Part shown: positions 11,501-19,700 of the stretch, piece by piece
Numbering within the stretch: the first letter of the stretch is position 1
How the letters are laid out: each line of letters opens with the position of its first letter
Source of the DNA: Candidatus Poribacteria bacterium
GTDB taxonomy: Bacteria > Poribacteria > WGA-4E > WGA-3G
Assembly (NCBI GenBank): GCA_965242965.1
Contig: OZ251518.1
Span: 1,760,001-1,824,000, forward strand
Direction: 5' to 3'
Length of the DNA: 64,000 nucleotides
Program-made: the position numbers and the translations under genes
The notes under the pieces: model-generated
Database searches by the model: none
Seen by the model: the letters and a program-made list of their open reading frames with translations, nothing else
What the model was told of the DNA's origin: nothing

Positions 11501-12915
11501 CACGTTGGATCTGCCCCGGGAGCCAGTGCCGGCACGACAGACATTGAATCGTAATAAGCAGTCAACACGACGAGTTCGTCGCGGAGCGTCGGATCACCGC
11601 CTTCCAAAAAGCCGCGGATATTCTGTCCGATGCCGCGCTCCCACGTCATCTTTCCTCTCATACGAACGTTCACATCGATACCGGTATCTGTCTCTAACAT
11701 TTCCCTTAACGCCGCGCCGTCCGCCTTGGATATCCAGAAGCGTGGGATGTTTGCGGGGACGGTGCCGAATTTATTCTCCGCCTCGCCACGAATCGTGGTT
11801 TCCGGTTCAACGAAGATAACGGCAGTGCCGCCGAGCATCGCGGCGTTGATGTAGCGGGTGCTAGAATTGAAATCGAGCAGGACTATCGCGCCTTTCGGAA
11901 TGAAGATGTGTGCTTCACTCGCGGCGACAAATTCGCCGGATTCGTCAATTTCGCCGTCCCTATTGTTATCAATGCCATCTGTTTCATCGCCGGGGATTTC
12001 ATCGGTTGCGCCATCGGCATCATTGTCAATACCGTCGGTTGCCCATCCGCGGATTTCGGATAAGAGCGGAATCTCGCCGTATTCGTCCACGGTGCCATCT
12101 TCGTCATTGTCAATCCCATCAGATGCCTTTTGGAGGTGTCCGTTGAGCACATCGTCGGTGATGCTTGCTTCGGTGATGCGGTTGCGCCGGGCAAGGGAGG
12201 TGAGGGTATCGCCATCCTGCAGTTCATACCAATAGCCGCCGATGTTCGTGCCGTTGAAGTCGGCGAGCTCCGCATCGTCGCCGTAAAGGAGCGGACCGGA
12301 CAACCCACCTGTCGGAATAAAGACGGTGCTGCCTTCAACAACAGGGGTTGCGATGAATTTGTTCTTTTCATGCGCGCGGATAATATCGGCGGAGACCTGG
12401 TAGCTATCAGCGATTTCCTGAAGCGTTTCGCCGGGGAGAACGGTGTGTTTAATGCCATCTGCCAGCAGCGAGGTGCGCACGAGGTTGGGCCAAAACGGTG
12501 TCAGTTTAAAGGTGTGCAGCACGGTCCCCTCAGCGGAAAGCACCTCAATGACACTACCCCCCCGGGCGTTCGGGAAAGTCCCGTGGTCGACTGGGACAGT
12601 GACGGTGAACTCACGACTCTCTACGTTTTGCAAACCGATTTCAACGAACCGGTCGAAGATGTATTTGCTGCCGCTCGCGGCTTGCGGGTAGCCGGTGACG
12701 CGACTCTCTAGGCTGGATAGCCGCGCGATGTCCTTCCGGAGGTTGCCGATGGACAAATCGTCTCGGATTTGAATAGCCGCGGTTTTCATCCCTACGGCTG
12801 TCTCTGCCTCTTCAACAATTTGCTGTGCATTGACACGTTCAAACGGCGTGGCAACGAAGCAAAGGCCGAGGCAGAATAGCAGAAGCAGTATCTGCACGTT
12901 ATAGCTGCGTTTCAT
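5584..12915 (-). CDS. Giant envelope protein: signal peptide, 2 LysM-like domains, DGIDND repeats, degenerate M28 peptidase-like domain with coiled-coil insert, C-terminal FtsX/MacB-type permease
   Basis: N-terminal hydrophobic signal; HTVLPGETLQEIADSY and YELQDGDTLTSLARR; 3x DGIDN[DN]xDGxxDE; LTAYYDS..APGAD..GIAVLMELAR; LNTMLGAVYERVREISIYSSVGLAP...FLAEA (FtsX permease motif). Confidence 0.85.
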   Translation of the reverse strand: MKRSYNVQILLLLFCLGLCFVATPFERVNAQQIVEEAETAVGMKTAAIQIRDDLSIGNLRKDIARLSSLESRVTGYPQAASGSKYIFDRFVEIGLQNVESREFTVTVPVDHGTFPNARGGSVIEVLSAEGTVLHTFKLTPFWPNLVRTSLLADGIKHTVLPGETLQEIADSYQVSADIIRAHEKNKFIATPVVEGSTVFIPTGGLSGPLLYGDDAELADFNGTNIGGYWYELQDGDTLTSLARRNRITEASITDDVLNGHLQKASDGIDNDEDGTVDEYGEIPLLSEIRGWATDGIDNDADGATDEIPGDETDGIDNNRDGEIDESGEFVAASEAHIFIPKGAIVLLDFNSSTRYINAAMLGGTAVIFVEPETTIRGEAENKFGTVPANIPRFWISKADGAALREMLETDTGIDVNVRMRGKMTWERGIGQNIRGFLEGGDPTLRDELVVLTAYYDSMSVVPALAPGADPTCGIAVLMELARLFSQPEYRPGRSVLFVAVDAHFQGLAGMRAFMEGIGQDIVGSDTDSPGTPTMHGLRRGLSTDIIEFEELGRRLLLSIDRSVLVDLPGDFFFGIHAIKSDLDSLAITLDGLAETRSQIEDLNTKQRDFSERQKKQADRNRKREKQGFTDEEKSLLLANLARSKKEALQTTHFLRDIVQRLAQVRTVALDTSRVAQRELIETLALPIARLDTWAVDKLISSVENATQSRYSAHPNDAYLLPEEREDGWDIPVPADLPPELTAEIEMLNQTLADWEMSDKRKFALMWTPEKILDRHLDLHALNRVKDARKVLGDANASRGTAIQREKELLQKVLSQIRDSEQVENEIKTSIRKLKDIGMAQIATSVVYDGQYLSAAGLERLSTIDAQLKQRLTESDDTSDSAILIADLLKDKQSIFEIALRNARLERTRIQHLLATHATLDRGYLDEEQLILKNYLSADEMAEGLRMRSIVAAHMTEEKLLAIVKRRAASDIVALDNLIERLPTLNTDLDEETKVLLRDNLLTLRNARFRNIQSRVEKMIRIDADEYSRKLAQIDSAIALQDLFNRYYTSLYVSIDLSSQSNQFGVFNKGWFYDQQPEFVLRREFASIGNKLASYAEDADFGVRVRKLWQWSDDQIRQAVMARQWGVASGISDKAALEGKTLETLLSSHYGKLTGLSGVSRLMKMQFEQWRNRGEPSEDMLKDMDYVRKEVERFIRNDVRTAKKNRKNNIRTREQLDAMLRLRHEDPDTFTEEEIDDIKTLIGIAGLGGASNFVNAISASGGKTWKTYIPGKIAFDSEVATLVGKTGIAFATIEDARVLTDTPLDTIDRVDLREGGNLHQQAQTLASLLLQALRDEEMPTAARVGNFYCNLFGDVVEFDARESALPNKPVPYPILTLRRKNKTMMGVRGDLFVMGDNKGNFEMAGLAMEGRATRRLGGVQEVEAYILDADSGDIVYAPDLGNYGAKLLPNKIPINTRRRGCRVVTFPCVSTTIYDLVDQRYLRTLRELEVYDALTDSPPEKFGMSKPWQQEGVSAAEPIALVYSEPETRIKVGMAYGQIGKRLLLIKATKSGMKNPTLYTGEGFVVRENGQIRLTPYVVVRDMWWLDENRSRLYKRFGISSDRLDKLHQFANEYLDRAETELLQNDYQQALKLARAAWGYESRAYPDVKQTGNDVVNGVMFYLALLMPFAYFMERLIFGFPNIHKQILGAFGIFLLVFFFLSQVHPAFQITTTPVIILIAFVVLALTVIVISIIVRKFEEQLEKIRQEGSNVYKADVGRLSASAAAFSLGISNMRKRKGRTILTCCTLVILTFTVISFTSVRTFMHPNRTSLPQVTPRYTGLLIRDQYWRPLEEPVLTSVLNDMQKTQITLDALERLLQRKSELLAKQGQQPIDTAAALASLEQDGFVEKVDEEPVLTVQNVVAPRAWYQSSGTGDQSFVQLTRTQNPSDPVPPTHPLTGEALTFAANMLVGMNEQEPGVSGIDRYLQYGKWFEPGDSDAWPTEWPYAIVLPKGMAELLKITESDMGKATVSVYGADFTVVGVLGIGFKDLTDNDGEELTPVDYQLMQQQRSRGATGDETLEGELQKYLHLTPDSVAILPYEVVMNQGGTLRSVAVNMEPRADDPQLLGAIDKLDLIMAPLMNRIALDFFVGRDKDTYLYSSIGMTSFSGMGNLFVPILIAALIVLNTMLGAVYERVREISIYSSVGLAPVHIAFLFLAEACVYAIVGAVLGYLMGQAIATTLVNFGWLAGLTLNYSSMSTVVATIVVMVVVLLSTLYPALKASRMAVPDIERKWKLPEPEGDVWHFNLPFTVLEEEALGLNVFMRDYFEAHADESASDFYTDQVAFSEADEESYQIGMMVWLAPYDLGVSQSIKFVTSPVGGEEEDLYKITLEVHRESGEIASWKRVNRRFLNLLRKQLLIWRTFSVDIRAEFHERGRTENAVPDEEEAGEAPRLEPAVTSAG

Positions 12916-13047
12916 AAGGTTCTCCTTTCAGCACGACAGGTGCCATCTTTTTCAGGCGACGCAAAACCGCCGCGTTTCCCCTATTTCTGGTGGCACAATG
13001 TTTGTATTTCGGGTTTTTATTTCGGCGTTTTCGGTGCATTTAAACGT

Positions 13048-13076
13048 ATTATAGCAAAATTGCAACTTTTTGTCAA
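13048..13076 (-). promoter_or_regulatory. Sigma70 promoter of the giant operon
   Basis: TTGACA-17 bp-TATAAT on the minus strand, about 130 bp upstream of ATG 12915. Confidence 0.8.
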
Positions 13077-13096
13077 CATTAAATTTGCATTTAATC

Positions 13097-13551
13097 GAGA
13101 ATGTTTCATAAATTCCCGTAGGAGAGACTTCCTAGTCTTGATGCAATAGGACGGTGCGCCTACCGGGGCCGCGGCGGCAGAAGGTCTCCCCTTCATCGTA
13201 GGGCGAGGGCCTGTCCCTCGCCGTGCGTTTGGCTGTCAGACCTCCTCACCTCTGTAGGTCAGGATCGCCTGATCCTGACCTGTTTGTGATCAGGCGATCA
13301 CAAACTACAGAGGTGGAAACACACATCGTGACGATGGAGATCGCGGGGGACAGGCCCCCGCGCTACGGTGAAAAAAAACGCCACCCTGTCACCGCAGGGC
13401 GAGGGCCTGTCCCTCGCCATCGTCCGCGCAATCTAACGCTCGCGGGGGCCTGTCCCGCGCTACGGGAACATCGAGACCAGGAGGTCTCTCCTACCGGAAA
13501 TCGAGCCCCGAGGTCTCTCCTACTGAACACATCGAAATATGAAACACCCTC
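13097..13551. mobile_element. MITE-like element, copy 2
   Basis: TIRs GAGAATGTTTCATA / TATGAAACACCCTC; exact 8-bp flanking duplication ATTTAATC (13089-13096, 13552-13559). Confidence 0.85.
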
Positions 13552-13593
13552 ATTTAATCAATCAGGAAGGCCGCAAATGCATCATTTTCCTTG

Positions 13594-14712
13594 CTACAAT
13601 TCCGGCACGAGGCACACTTTGCCGAAATTTTGGCGGTTTTCCAACAACGTATGCGCTTCGCTGGCACGCCGCAACGGCAGAACACTGTCAATAATCGGTT
13701 CCAACTTTCCCTTTCCGGCGAGATGGATGAGTTTGCGGAGTTCTGCGCGAGTGCCGAGCGCGGAACCCATCAACGTCAATTCTTTCTGATACATCTTTCG
13801 GATGTCAATCTCGCCGATGTTGCCTGTCGTCACACCGCAGGAGACAAGCCGTCCGTTTTTGGCGAGACTGGCGATGCTCTGTCCCCAGGTCGCCGCACCG
13901 ACATGTTCTAAAACCACGTCAACGCCGCGGCCATCTGTCTCTTCTAGCACCGCTTCCGAGAAATCTCTCTCTGTGTAATGGATCACGACATCTGCGCCGA
14001 GTTCGCGTGCGCGCGCGCATTTTTCCGTGGTGCTTGCCGTGGCGAAAATCCGCGCGCCGGCCAGTTTCGCAATCTGCAATCCCGCGCTACCGACGCTGCC
14101 ACCGGCACCGAGGATTAAGATGTCTTCGCCGGGACGAAGCTGCGCGCGCGTCATCAGCATGTGCCACGCCGTTAAGTAGGCGATGGGCATCGCAGCGGCG
14201 TTGACAAACGACAACGAATCGGGTATCGGAATCGCGTTTTGCGCCGGTGCTTTGACATATTCCGCGTATCCGCCGTTTGTCTGGAAACCGATGAGTTGTT
14301 GCGTCGCGCATAAATTTTCGGCACCGCGATGGCAATCGCTACAAACTTCGCACGGAATGCAAGGCGCGAGGACAACCCGTTCGCCTACAGTAGGCGAGAC
14401 CTCCTGGTCTCGATGCAATATCCCGGTAGGCGAGACCTCCCGGTCTCGATTTCTTCCGGTAGGCGAGCCCTCCCGGTCTTGATGCTCAACGACGACACCT
14501 GCGATATCCGAGCCGAGAATATGCGGCGTATCGCCACGGCGAAGTTTCTCAGCGATTTCGGGACGGTTACGGCGTGCATGGATATCCAGATAATTCACGG
14601 CGCATGCCTCTACCTTCACGAGGACATCGGTTGCGTCTAGCGGCGGTTTGGGGACATCTGTCCAGCGCAACACCTCGGGGCCGCCTTGTTCTGAGAAGAC
14701 AACTGCTTTCAT
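13594..14712 (-). CDS. Zinc-binding alcohol dehydrogenase / quinone oxidoreductase (MDR family) with in-frame repeat insertion
   Basis: MKAV start, ACAVNYLD, ILGSDIAG, structural Zn CxxCxxCx7C, GAGGSVG, NFGKVCL. Confidence 0.9.
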   Translation of the reverse strand: MKAVVFSEQGGPEVLRWTDVPKPPLDATDVLVKVEACAVNYLDIHARRNRPEIAEKLRRGDTPHILGSDIAGVVVEHQDREGSPTGRNRDREVSPTGILHRDQEVSPTVGERVVLAPCIPCEVCSDCHRGAENLCATQQLIGFQTNGGYAEYVKAPAQNAIPIPDSLSFVNAAAMPIAYLTAWHMLMTRAQLRPGEDILILGAGGSVGSAGLQIAKLAGARIFATASTTEKCARARELGADVVIHYTERDFSEAVLEETDGRGVDVVLEHVGAATWGQSIASLAKNGRLVSCGVTTGNIGEIDIRKMYQKELTLMGSALGTRAELRKLIHLAGKGKLEPIIDSVLPLRRASEAHTLLENRQNFGKVCLVPEL

Positions 14713-14749
14713 ATTCTTTCGTCCTTTGCACCGGTAGGAGGGCCCTCTT

Positions 14750-15062
14750 GGCATGGCGAGGGACAGGCCCTCGCCCTACGATGAAGGGGTCGTTTTTTAT
14801 CGTAGCGCGGGGGCCTGTCCCCCGCGATCGTTGCATGGCGAGGGACAGGCCCTCGCCCTACGATGAAGGGAATCGTTTTTTCCCGTAGCGCGGGGGCCCT
14901 CGGATGCCATCCGCGCATCCGAGCGGGTTTCCCCCGCGATCGTTGCATGGCGAGGGACAGGCCCTCGCCCTACGATGAAGGGAGGCGGCCTTGACATCCG
15001 TAGCGCGGGGGCCTGTCCCCCGCGAGCGTTGCATGGCGAGGGACAGGCCCTCGCCCTACGAC
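14750..15062. repeat. Tandem array of alternating REP-like palindromes
   Basis: Repeated GCATGGCGAGGGACAGGCCCTCGCCCTACG ... GTAGCGCGGGGGCCTGTCCCCCGCG units. Confidence 0.85.
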
Positions 15063-15073
15063 TGCGGCCTCAT

Positions 15074-15883
15074 TTAACCGTAAGCACCGTGATTAAGAAA
15101 CCCTAGCAACCGACGCAACCGGGGATTCGCATCCTTGTAAACAGACATCGGCATCGAATAGTTCATAAACGGATAATACTTGTGCCCCACGAGACGGCGC
15201 GCATACGTAACCTGCGTGATATAGCGCGTCCGCTGACTCTGATTCGGACCGCCGCGATGCCAGACCTGGTTGTTGAACATCACCACGCTACCCGCTTTGC
15301 CGAGGTTATACCGGATCTTGTCGGCCCATTCCGATTCTTCCAACGCTTTCGGCGGCGACGCGCCGACGAGATGTGAGCCCGGAATCACCTCTGTCCCTCC
15401 GTGTTCAACTTCGGTGACATCGGTGAGGTAATAATTCGCCGTGAACAGCAGGACAGGCAGGCGCACGTTCGTCGGCGGTTTCCCATCAGTCACGATGTAA
15501 TGTGGGGCATCGTCTTGGTGCCACGTCGTAATCCCGCCGCCGGGGTAAGTCTGGAACGAATTGTTATGGATAACGTGGCAATTTTCGGCGACGAGTGCTT
15601 CCGCAAAGGTGACGATGGGCTCCATGTCAAACAGTCGGCGATTCGCCTCGCTGTGCTCAAACATCCGATGGCTCAGGTGCATGCGTCCACCGGGGTTGCC
15701 GCTGTTTAAGCCGTTAGGATTGTTTTCAAGGGCCCATTCCAGATCTTGGCGAAGTTGCGCGCACCAATCGGGTGGCAAAACGTCCTGCAGGAAGAGGAAG
15801 CCTTGCCGATGGAAAGTCTCCACCCATTCCTGAATTTGCGCGTCCTTGACAGTTTGATGTGCCAAGTAAGTTGTTTGTGCCAT
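15074..15883 (-). CDS. Phytanoyl-CoA dioxygenase (PhyH) family 2OG-Fe(II) oxygenase
   Basis: FHRQGFL, WHQD, GGTEVIPGSH, AGSVVMFN..WHRGGPN. Confidence 0.9.
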   Translation of the reverse strand: MAQTTYLAHQTVKDAQIQEWVETFHRQGFLFLQDVLPPDWCAQLRQDLEWALENNPNGLNSGNPGGRMHLSHRMFEHSEANRRLFDMEPIVTFAEALVAENCHVIHNNSFQTYPGGGITTWHQDDAPHYIVTDGKPPTNVRLPVLLFTANYYLTDVTEVEHGGTEVIPGSHLVGASPPKALEESEWADKIRYNLGKAGSVVMFNNQVWHRGGPNQSQRTRYITQVTYARRLVGHKYYPFMNYSMPMSVYKDANPRLRRLLGFLNHGAYG

Positions 15884-15894
15884 GTTGTTTCGTC

Positions 15895-16135
15895 CTTGTC
15901 TGAATCAGGATTTGTAAGATGAGATGATTTAAAAAGCCTCAAATTCGCGGGGGACAGGCCCCCGCGCTACGGTAGGAGAGACCTCCCAGTCTCGATGCAT
16001 GCCTAGGACAGGCCCCCGCGCTGCGAGGACAGCAGCACTCGCGGGGGACAGGCCCCCGCGCTACGGTAGGCGAGACCTCCCGGTCTCGATGCACCACCGT
16101 AGGAGAGACCTCCCGGTCTCGATGCCTCCCTAGGA
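15895..16135. repeat. REP-like palindrome cluster
   Basis: GTAGGAGAGACCTCCCGGTCTCGAT and CGCGGGGGACAGGCCCCCGCG copies. Confidence 0.8.
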
Positions 16136-16141
16136 CTCCGA

Positions 16142-16480
16142 TTAGCCGCCCATTGCTGCAGCGACGATGATGCCGAGTGCAATTAAGACCCCGGCCACGG
16201 CGACACCCGCAGCGGTGTTGTTTTCCTCGGCGATTTGGCGGTTCAAATCGTAAGGTGTAGCCCAATCGAAAACTTTGTAGCCTATCATCAGCACGATCAA
16301 GCCGACGACGCTGAAGACGACTCCCTCAATGATGAGTCCCGCGAGGACTTTGAAGTTAATCATCGGTCCCTCTTCCGGCACGGCGGCATTTTGGGCATGC
16401 GCATGCGTCCCCAAAAGCGTCACCGCAACGAGCGAGACGATGACGAGACAGAACGTAGTTGATACAATTTTCTTAGCCAT
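16142..16480 (-). CDS. DUF350-family membrane protein
   Basis: VFDWATPYDLNRQIAEENNTAAGVAVAGVLIALGIIVAAAM; AGGAG RBS. Confidence 0.8.
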   Translation of the reverse strand: MAKKIVSTTFCLVIVSLVAVTLLGTHAHAQNAAVPEEGPMINFKVLAGLIIEGVVFSVVGLIVLMIGYKVFDWATPYDLNRQIAEENNTAAGVAVAGVLIALGIIVAAAMGG

Positions 16481-16509
16481 TTCGTTTTCTCCTATGTTGA
16501 TTACTGTCC

Positions 16510-16775
16510 CCGTAGGCGAGACCTCCCGGTCTCGATTTCTGACAGGCCCCCGCGCTACGGTATTTGATTACGATTGACAGTCGCGGGGGAAACCCGCTCG
16601 GATGCGCGTATGGCATCCGAGGGCCCCCGCGCTACGGTGTTTGAGACGATTGACATCGCGGGGACAGGCCCCCGCGCTACGGTGTTTGAGACGATTGACA
16701 TCGCGGGGGACAGGCCCCCGCGCTACGGTGTTTGAGACGATTGATACTCGCGGGGGACAGGCCCCCGCGCTACGA
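16510..16775. repeat. About 50-bp tandem repeat built on the GACAGGCCCCCGCGCTACGG palindrome
   Basis: GCCCCCGCGCTACGGTGTTTGAGACGATTGA three times plus variants. Confidence 0.85.
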
Positions 16776-16787
16776 TGTCGTGACGGT

Positions 16788-19700
16788 TCAGATGAAAAAC
16801 TCAAATTGCACATCCGCAGTGGGATGCAGATGTTTGATGAGGAGTGTATCCTTATCAGCGAGATAGAGCCACCCGGAGCCGGTGTCACCGGATTCTTTTT
16901 CCAGCGATTTCACGGCAGGGAGCTCGGTTTCAATGTCAAGGCTTCGGACGCGAATGCCTTGCGGCGGACGGCCGTAACCTGCGATAAGCGTCCAACTGGT
17001 TTCGTTTTCGGCGTAACTGAGATTCCACGTCAGTTTGCCACCCTTGGCGAGTTTAACCCCTTCCACTTTAGCACCGGAACTGATATGGATTTTGCCGGTG
17101 ATAACGGTTTTCACACCCGGGTCCAACCCGCGAAGCGCGTAGACGTTCGCCATAATATCCTCTGGGTTGAGATGCGGTCCGCGGCCTTCGGTGCAGAACT
17201 CATAAAGTCCATCGGGATACGTGCCTTTGCGCTCACTCTCCGTCCACTGTTGATACATCGCACTGACGGTGATGCCTTCCGCAATCTTTTCCCACTGAGC
17301 ACTGTCCTGAACACTGTCTGCAGTCGCGTTTTTCACCCGCGCCAAATGCTGCAGATAATAGGCGAACACCAAGCCGTTCCACTGCACCGGCACGCCGAAC
17401 CACGGGTGCGTATAGAACGTCGTCCCGAAGACAGGAATGGAAGCAAAATGCATACTCGGCCGGTCTGGGAGATGCCAATGATAGAGGAACGGCATCCCTG
17501 CCTTCGCCCAATATTCGGCGCGCTTGAGATACGCCTTTTCGCCCGTGATTTCATACGCCTCAACATACGCGCCGAGTGCATAGGCGGCAGCAAGCAGGTC
17601 TGGTTGATACATCGGGCATTCCCACAATTGCGCGCCGCGCGGCACAGTGAACCGGTTCATGAATCCGAGTGCCTCCAGTCCCGCCTCTCGCGAAGTCATA
17701 TCACCGGTGATTCTGGCGTGTTTGAGGAGCGTCAGCGCGGCATTGGCGCACGTGCCGAGCACTGCATCGCCGGCGTTACCGAGTTTCGCGGTTTTATCGC
17801 TTGTCGGCTGCCACCGCCAACTGCCATCAGGTTCTTGTTCGCTGATGAGCCGCAATGTCTCAGTCTTCATGAAGTCTAACGCCGCCGCAAGGTAACCGAC
17901 GTAGAACGGAAATTCCCATCGCAAGATATGGCAGGTGCCGCGTGCAGCGAGACTGCCTTCCCCGGACTCATCGCGTGTGCTTTTGAGAATGTGCTGAACG
18001 CGTTCCTTCACATCGGCATCTTCGGTTGCGAGGTAATCATACCAGAGCAGCGTGCCGATGCCGGGTTCGTTGTGTGCTTGCCAATCGATGCAGTGCCGCG
18101 ATTTTTGCGTCTCGGTATCCCACGTAGTGTGCATAAAGCCGTGCCGCGAAAGCAGCAACTCTTCTACGTCACCTCGCGGCGGTTCGAGCGGTTCAGGTGT
18201 CCCGTAGGCATCGCACCAATGCGTTACTGCATCCAAAACCGTGGCGTTCCCCGCTGCGATGAGTTCGGTTTTGATGGAGACGGCTTGTCCCGATTTGAGG
18301 CGATAGGCGTTCGTCGCAAGCGTCTGGTTTTCCGTTACCCATTCAGGCACCGTCGGCAAGAACACGCCCATCAACGTGTTTCGCTGATGATGGAGCCAAT
18401 TTGGAGACGCAAAGATGGCAGAGAGATTATGATTGTCGCCATCCCATGTCTCCAACGGGTGCCAAATTATGCCGACGACGCACTTCTGGACTTCCACCGC
18501 CATCACCGGCACGGTAATCTTATACGGGTGCGGCACGAGGCGGTTGTCGTGTGGCGGCGCGGCATCGCGCGGGTTTGAGGAACGCTCAGCTCCATCTAAA
18601 AATTCCAGTCCAGGGAACAGAGCACCCGTCTTCTTCTCGCGATTGCGTCCTTGGCGCGAGGCGTAAAGCATCGGCCCGTGGAAAGCGAGGAGCTCTCTGT
18701 CTTGCTCTGCCTCCAAGCGCGTCTCGTTCCGAATGCGGGTGGCGTTTTCGCCGAGCACCCACTCACTCCGATACTGCCACGTCACCCCATCGGCATCGGT
18801 GTGTTCGCCCATCACATAGACGATGGACTCGCCGCTGTTATTCCCGGCGAGCTGGTATTCGGATGGGGTGATGCGGAACGTGTGCTGCGTCTCGGTTTTG
18901 CTATCCCTGTAGGTAACCTCGGACAGCGCGGGACAAACGGCAACCTGATGGTATGTGCCGGTCTTCACCGCAAACAGCGCGTAGTATTCAAACCCGCTAG
19001 CACCCCGAACAAAAACGATGCGGAGGTGCTTATTTCCCATGACGAGGTGTCCATCTTGCGAGTAAGTGTGCAGCTCTTTTACCGCTTTCGCGGCAAGTTT
19101 CGGGAGCGGGGGCCGCATGTCCACACTGCCGGAAGCCGTGTAGCGCGTATCGCCTGTAGCCGTTTGGCATCGCAGCACGGCAGATGCCTTAGGCGAGTGC
19201 GAGGAACGGCGCACAAGCCACGAAACGGCGACTTTCTCCCCCGGTGCAACGTTTTTTATGTTTTGCGTAGGGCGGCCGCGCCACAATCTTACACCGCTAA
19301 GAGTGACACGCGCGTTATCCGCCTTGCCGAGTGGCGCGTCACCCACATTCTGGACGGTGCATTGTATCTCAAAATCCTCACCGGTGGTGACGACAGCGGC
19401 AGTGGGAGCGATGCTCACAATTTCAAGTTTCGGTTGCGCGGCGTATAGCGTCAATGTTTGCAATGATGACGTTTCAGTCTCGCACTGCGCGCGGAATGCC
19501 GCTATAACCTGAGAAACACGGGTTGAAACGTCGGTATCAAATTCAAACAGCCGCTGGCTTTCATCAGCGAATTGCGCGAGGGCAGTGCATCCGAAGACTT
19601 CAGGTTCCGCGTCCCCTTTCGCCTTCCGAAAGGAACATTGTGTGAGTTTAAGCAACCGCGGTTTTCCCCAGAGTGCCCAAGCGTAGTTGCTATTGCCTTC

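Noticed and set aside
13223-13789. ORFs with ARGPVPR / RDRPSPY / GTGPRAT peptides (also 18, 14567-14997, 15939, 24346-25105, 27311, 28027, 41656-42251, 62120-62772)
   Set aside because: Translations of GC-rich palindromic repeats; no RBS or domain motifs
16580-16775. CRISPR-like regular repeats (also 14750-15062, 32565-32745, 36588-36790)
   Set aside because: Intervening sequences are identical, related or irregular in length; units belong to dispersed palindrome families; no cas genes
16602-17879. Long antisense ORFs (also 19572, 38985, 48011, 52331)
   Set aside because: Shadow frames opposite well-supported genes in GC-rich DNA
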